Origin: Macrostomum lignano
Lineage: Eukaryota
Reading direction: 5' to 3'
DNA length: 64,000 bases
Assembly (NCBI GenBank): GCA_002269645.1
Contig: NIVC01000423.1
Coordinates: 124,357 to 188,356 of the forward strand
The position numbers were made by a program, and so were the translations under genes. How positions within the stretch are numbered: position 1 is the stretch's first letter; each line of letters starts with the position of its first letter. The notes under the pieces were generated by a model, which was not told the origin of the DNA, ran no database searches, and was given only the letters and a program-made list of their open reading frames with translations. Below, piece by piece: positions 61,245 to 64,000 of this stretch.

Positions 61245-61685
61245 ACCTCACTCCACTAGACACCCACTCTACTCCTCGAAACACCCACCTCCACTCCTCG
61301 AAACACCCACCCCCACTCCGCTAGACACCCACCCTACTCCTATAAACACTCACCCCACTCCACTAGACATCCACTCCACTCCTCGAAACACCCACCCCAC
61401 TCCACTAGACACCCACTCCACTCCTCGAAACACCCACCCACTCCGCTAGACACCCACCTCTTTCCTCGAAACAGCCACCCCACTTCGCTAGACACCCACC
61501 TCTCTCCTTGAAACACCCACCCACTTCGCTAGACACCCACCTCTCTCCTCGAAACACACCCACCCCACTCCGCTAGACACCCACCTCACTCCTCTAAAAA
61601 CCCACCCCACTCCGCTAGACACCAACCTCACTCCTCGAAACACCCATCCCACTTCGCTAGACACCCACCTCTCTACAGTAGACAC
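61245..61685. repeat. ~21-bp minisatellite (CACTCCGCTAGACACCCACCT variants)
   Basis: Degenerate tandem units. Confidence 0.9.
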
Positions 61686-61746
61686 CCTTGCCATTACGCC
61701 AGCCAGTTAAAACAATTTGTACTACCTCACATCAAGCCATAACACT

Positions 61747-62423
61747 ATGCAGCTGACTAACCTACAAATTCATTCAGTTTTGGCGACAATTTGTGGTGCT
61801 CGACGAATACGTCGCTGCGTTGCGACTGTCGCCTGCTTGTCGATCGGGTCGGTGATTCTGCTCTACCTGGCTGCTCAGCCTTGGTGGCCAAGTTTTCCCC
61901 TGCTCAATGAAAGTGCTAGGCATTTGAACAAGTCACCCGCTAATGCGCAGTCTTCATCCACCTCTCGTCGCCTTGGCAACGACGACACCCAGCAGCTGCT
62001 GTCGGAGGCCGCTCGCTATTGCAACTCGCCGGTGCACACTGGCCGTTGGCATCGACAAGAACTCGACCGTCTTGCGTCGTCTAATGTTGCTGGCCATCGA
62101 GTCCGAGCATTGCTGGTTGTGTTCCGACACGGCGATCGAATGCCGCTGACCCGTCTGGACGATTCCTCGTTTGTGCCGACTGTTCTACGAAACGTCTATC
62201 ATCGACGATCGTGCCGACTGGCAGAGGTGACCTCAGCGCCCGAATGGCTGCGAGCCAAACTAGATTGGTCAACGCGTCAGATGTTGGACCGGCTGCCCAA
62301 GCTGACTCAATCTGTGCCGCGGCTGCTGGCGGGGATTCCTTTGCCACGAGGACTTCTAGACGATTTTATGAGGAAGCCGACGTGTGCCAGTCGGGTCACC
62401 TGACTCCTATTGGTCTGGTGCAG
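61747..62423 (+). CDS. Histidine acid phosphatase, PXYLP1/ACPL2-like, first visible exon (frameshifted)
   Basis: N-terminal hydrophobic anchor CVATVACLSIGSVILLYLAA; catalytic VFRHGDRMP; CQSGHLTPIGLVQ in a shifted frame, then a GTAATT donor at 62424. Confidence 0.75.
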
Positions 62424-62574
62424 GTAATTAATGGAAATTTATATTGCTGCCGATAGTTAAGTTGCCATATAAAATCCCTGATTGTCCCCTTTTGCGCTGT
62501 CCATTCAATACCTAGCTTATCGCCTACCTCCATCTAATTAGCATACTTCAATCCGTAATAGGCATCCACGACCC

Positions 62575-63085
62575 GCCTCACTCCGCCCAGCACCCACCTC
62601 ACTCCGGCCAGCACCCACCTCACTCCGCTAGACACCCACCTCACTCCGCCAAGCACCCACCCCACTCCGCCCAGCACCCACCTCACTCCGCCTAGCACCC
62701 ACCCCACTCCGGCCAGCACCCACCTCACTCCGCCTAGCACCCACCCCACTCCGCCCAGCACCCACCTCACTCCGCTAGACACCCACCTCACTCCGCCTAG
62801 CACCCACCTCACTCCGCTAGACACCCACCTCACTCCGCTAGACACCCACCTCACTCCGCCCAGCACCCACCCCACTCCGCCCAGCACCCACCCTACTCCG
62901 CCCAGCACCCACCTCACTCCGCCTAGCACCCACCTCACTCCGCTAGACACCCACCCCACTCCGCTAGACACCCACCTCACTCCGCCCAGCACCCACCCCA
63001 CTCCGCCCAGCACCCACCCTACTCCGCCCAGCACCCACCTCACTCCGCTAGACACCCACCTCACTCCGCCTAGCACCCAACTCAC
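62575..63085. repeat. 21-bp minisatellite related to 61245-61685
   Basis: CACTCCGCTAGACACCCACCT and CACTCCGCCCAGCACCCACCC units. Confidence 0.93.
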
Positions 63086-63096
63086 TCTATCTTCAG

Positions 63097-63448
63097 GCTT
63101 ACGAGCTTGGCCGCGCGATACGCCGGGCCTACTACATTCCTCATAAAACCAGAGGTCCTCTCGAATATCCATGCCCGGAGTAGCGCCTCCCCGAGAACTC
63201 TCAGCACCCTAAGCGGCGTTCTTTACGGCTTCTACGTCAACAGCGAAGGCGACGGCGACGGCACTCTGTAGACAGCGACGGCGAAGGCCAAGCCGCCCGC
63301 CAGCCGGTGGAAGTTTCCGCGATTTTCGACTGTGCCCAGACCGGGCGAATGCCCGCCTGCCCCCTGCTGCCCCGGCTGACCCGTAGGATTAGCGGCGGCG
63401 CTGGCGGCTGAGGGAGCGGCACTATGAGCAGCTTGTGGACGCTTACCG
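63097..63448 (+). CDS. PXYLP1-like next exon, several frame breaks
   Basis: AYELGRAIRRAY, SSASPRTLSTLSGVLYGFY (compare PXYLP1 SRTLQS...LLYGF) and DC...ACP lie in different frames; GTGAGG donor near 63449. Confidence 0.55.
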
Positions 63449-63499
63449 GTGAGGCCTATTGCGGGCTTGCGGGGTAGGTTGATGAGAAGTAGGTATGTA

Positions 63500-64000
63500 G
63501 AGTCACGTAGAGTTTGAGTAGAGTAGATTGGAGTTGAGTCGAGTAGGCTTTAGAGTTGAGTAGAGTAGATAGGAATTGAGAAAAGTTGGTTGGAGTTGAG
63601 TAGAGTAGAATGGAGTTGAGTAGAGTAGATTGGAGTTGAGTAGAGATTGGAGTTGAAGAAGTAGGTTAGATTGAGTAGAGTAGATAGGAATTGAGAAAAG
63701 TTGGTTGGAGTTGAGTAGAGTAGAATGGAAGTTGAGTAGAGTAGGTTGGAGTTGAGTTGAGTAGATTGGAGTTGAGTTGAGTAGATTGAGTTGAGTGAGT
63801 AGATTGGAGTTGAGTGAGTAGATTGGAGTGAGAGATAGATGATTGGAGTTGAGTGAGTAGATTGGAGTTGAGTAGAGTAGATTGGATGAGTAGAGTAGAT
63901 TGGAGTTGAGTTGAGTAGATTGGAGTTGAGTAGAGTAGATTGGAGTTGAGTTGAGTAGATTGGAGTTAGTAGTTAGTAGATTGGAGTTGAGTCGAGTAGG
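63500..64000. repeat. GAGTA/GAGTT-based ~20-bp satellite
   Basis: GAGTTGAGTAGAGTAGATTG units to the window end. Confidence 0.92.

Overview
Eukaryotic (animal) genomic DNA with GT-AG introns and no prokaryotic features. The many intron-filling minisatellites resemble the flatworm Macrostomum, but that assignment is inference only. Contents: (1) a complete five-exon prospero/PROX1 gene, + strand, 4239-17868, 844 aa. (2) A short-LTR, internally deleted Ty3/gypsy remnant (21079-22586, TSD GGTC). (3) A MITE inserted into the TIR of an inverted copy of itself, giving a ~760-bp fold-back (23470-24231). (4) An AT-rich, CpG-poor domain (~24.3-37.0 kb) holding a decayed gypsy element (27959-35697, TSD ATAG) and a CpG-eroded hAT-like MITE. 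(5) Two tandem alanine aminotransferase paralogues (37093-40778 and 52132-57783) with an intron presence/absence difference and exon-bounded identical tracts. (6) Between them, a young, near-intact 9.75-kb gypsy element (40919-50667, TSD TTAG) with a -1 frameshift signal, a long RNase H-integrase linker, a long C-terminal extension carrying a SIM-like motif, and CRE-bearing 72-bp U3 repeats. (7) A tRNA-derived SINE-like element, an orphan exon-like ORF, and the start of a frameshifted PXYLP1-like acid phosphatase gene. All comparisons were made by eye; no database searches were run. The strongest leads are the CpG-decay signature, the gypsy Pol extensions, and the ALT paralogue conversion pattern.
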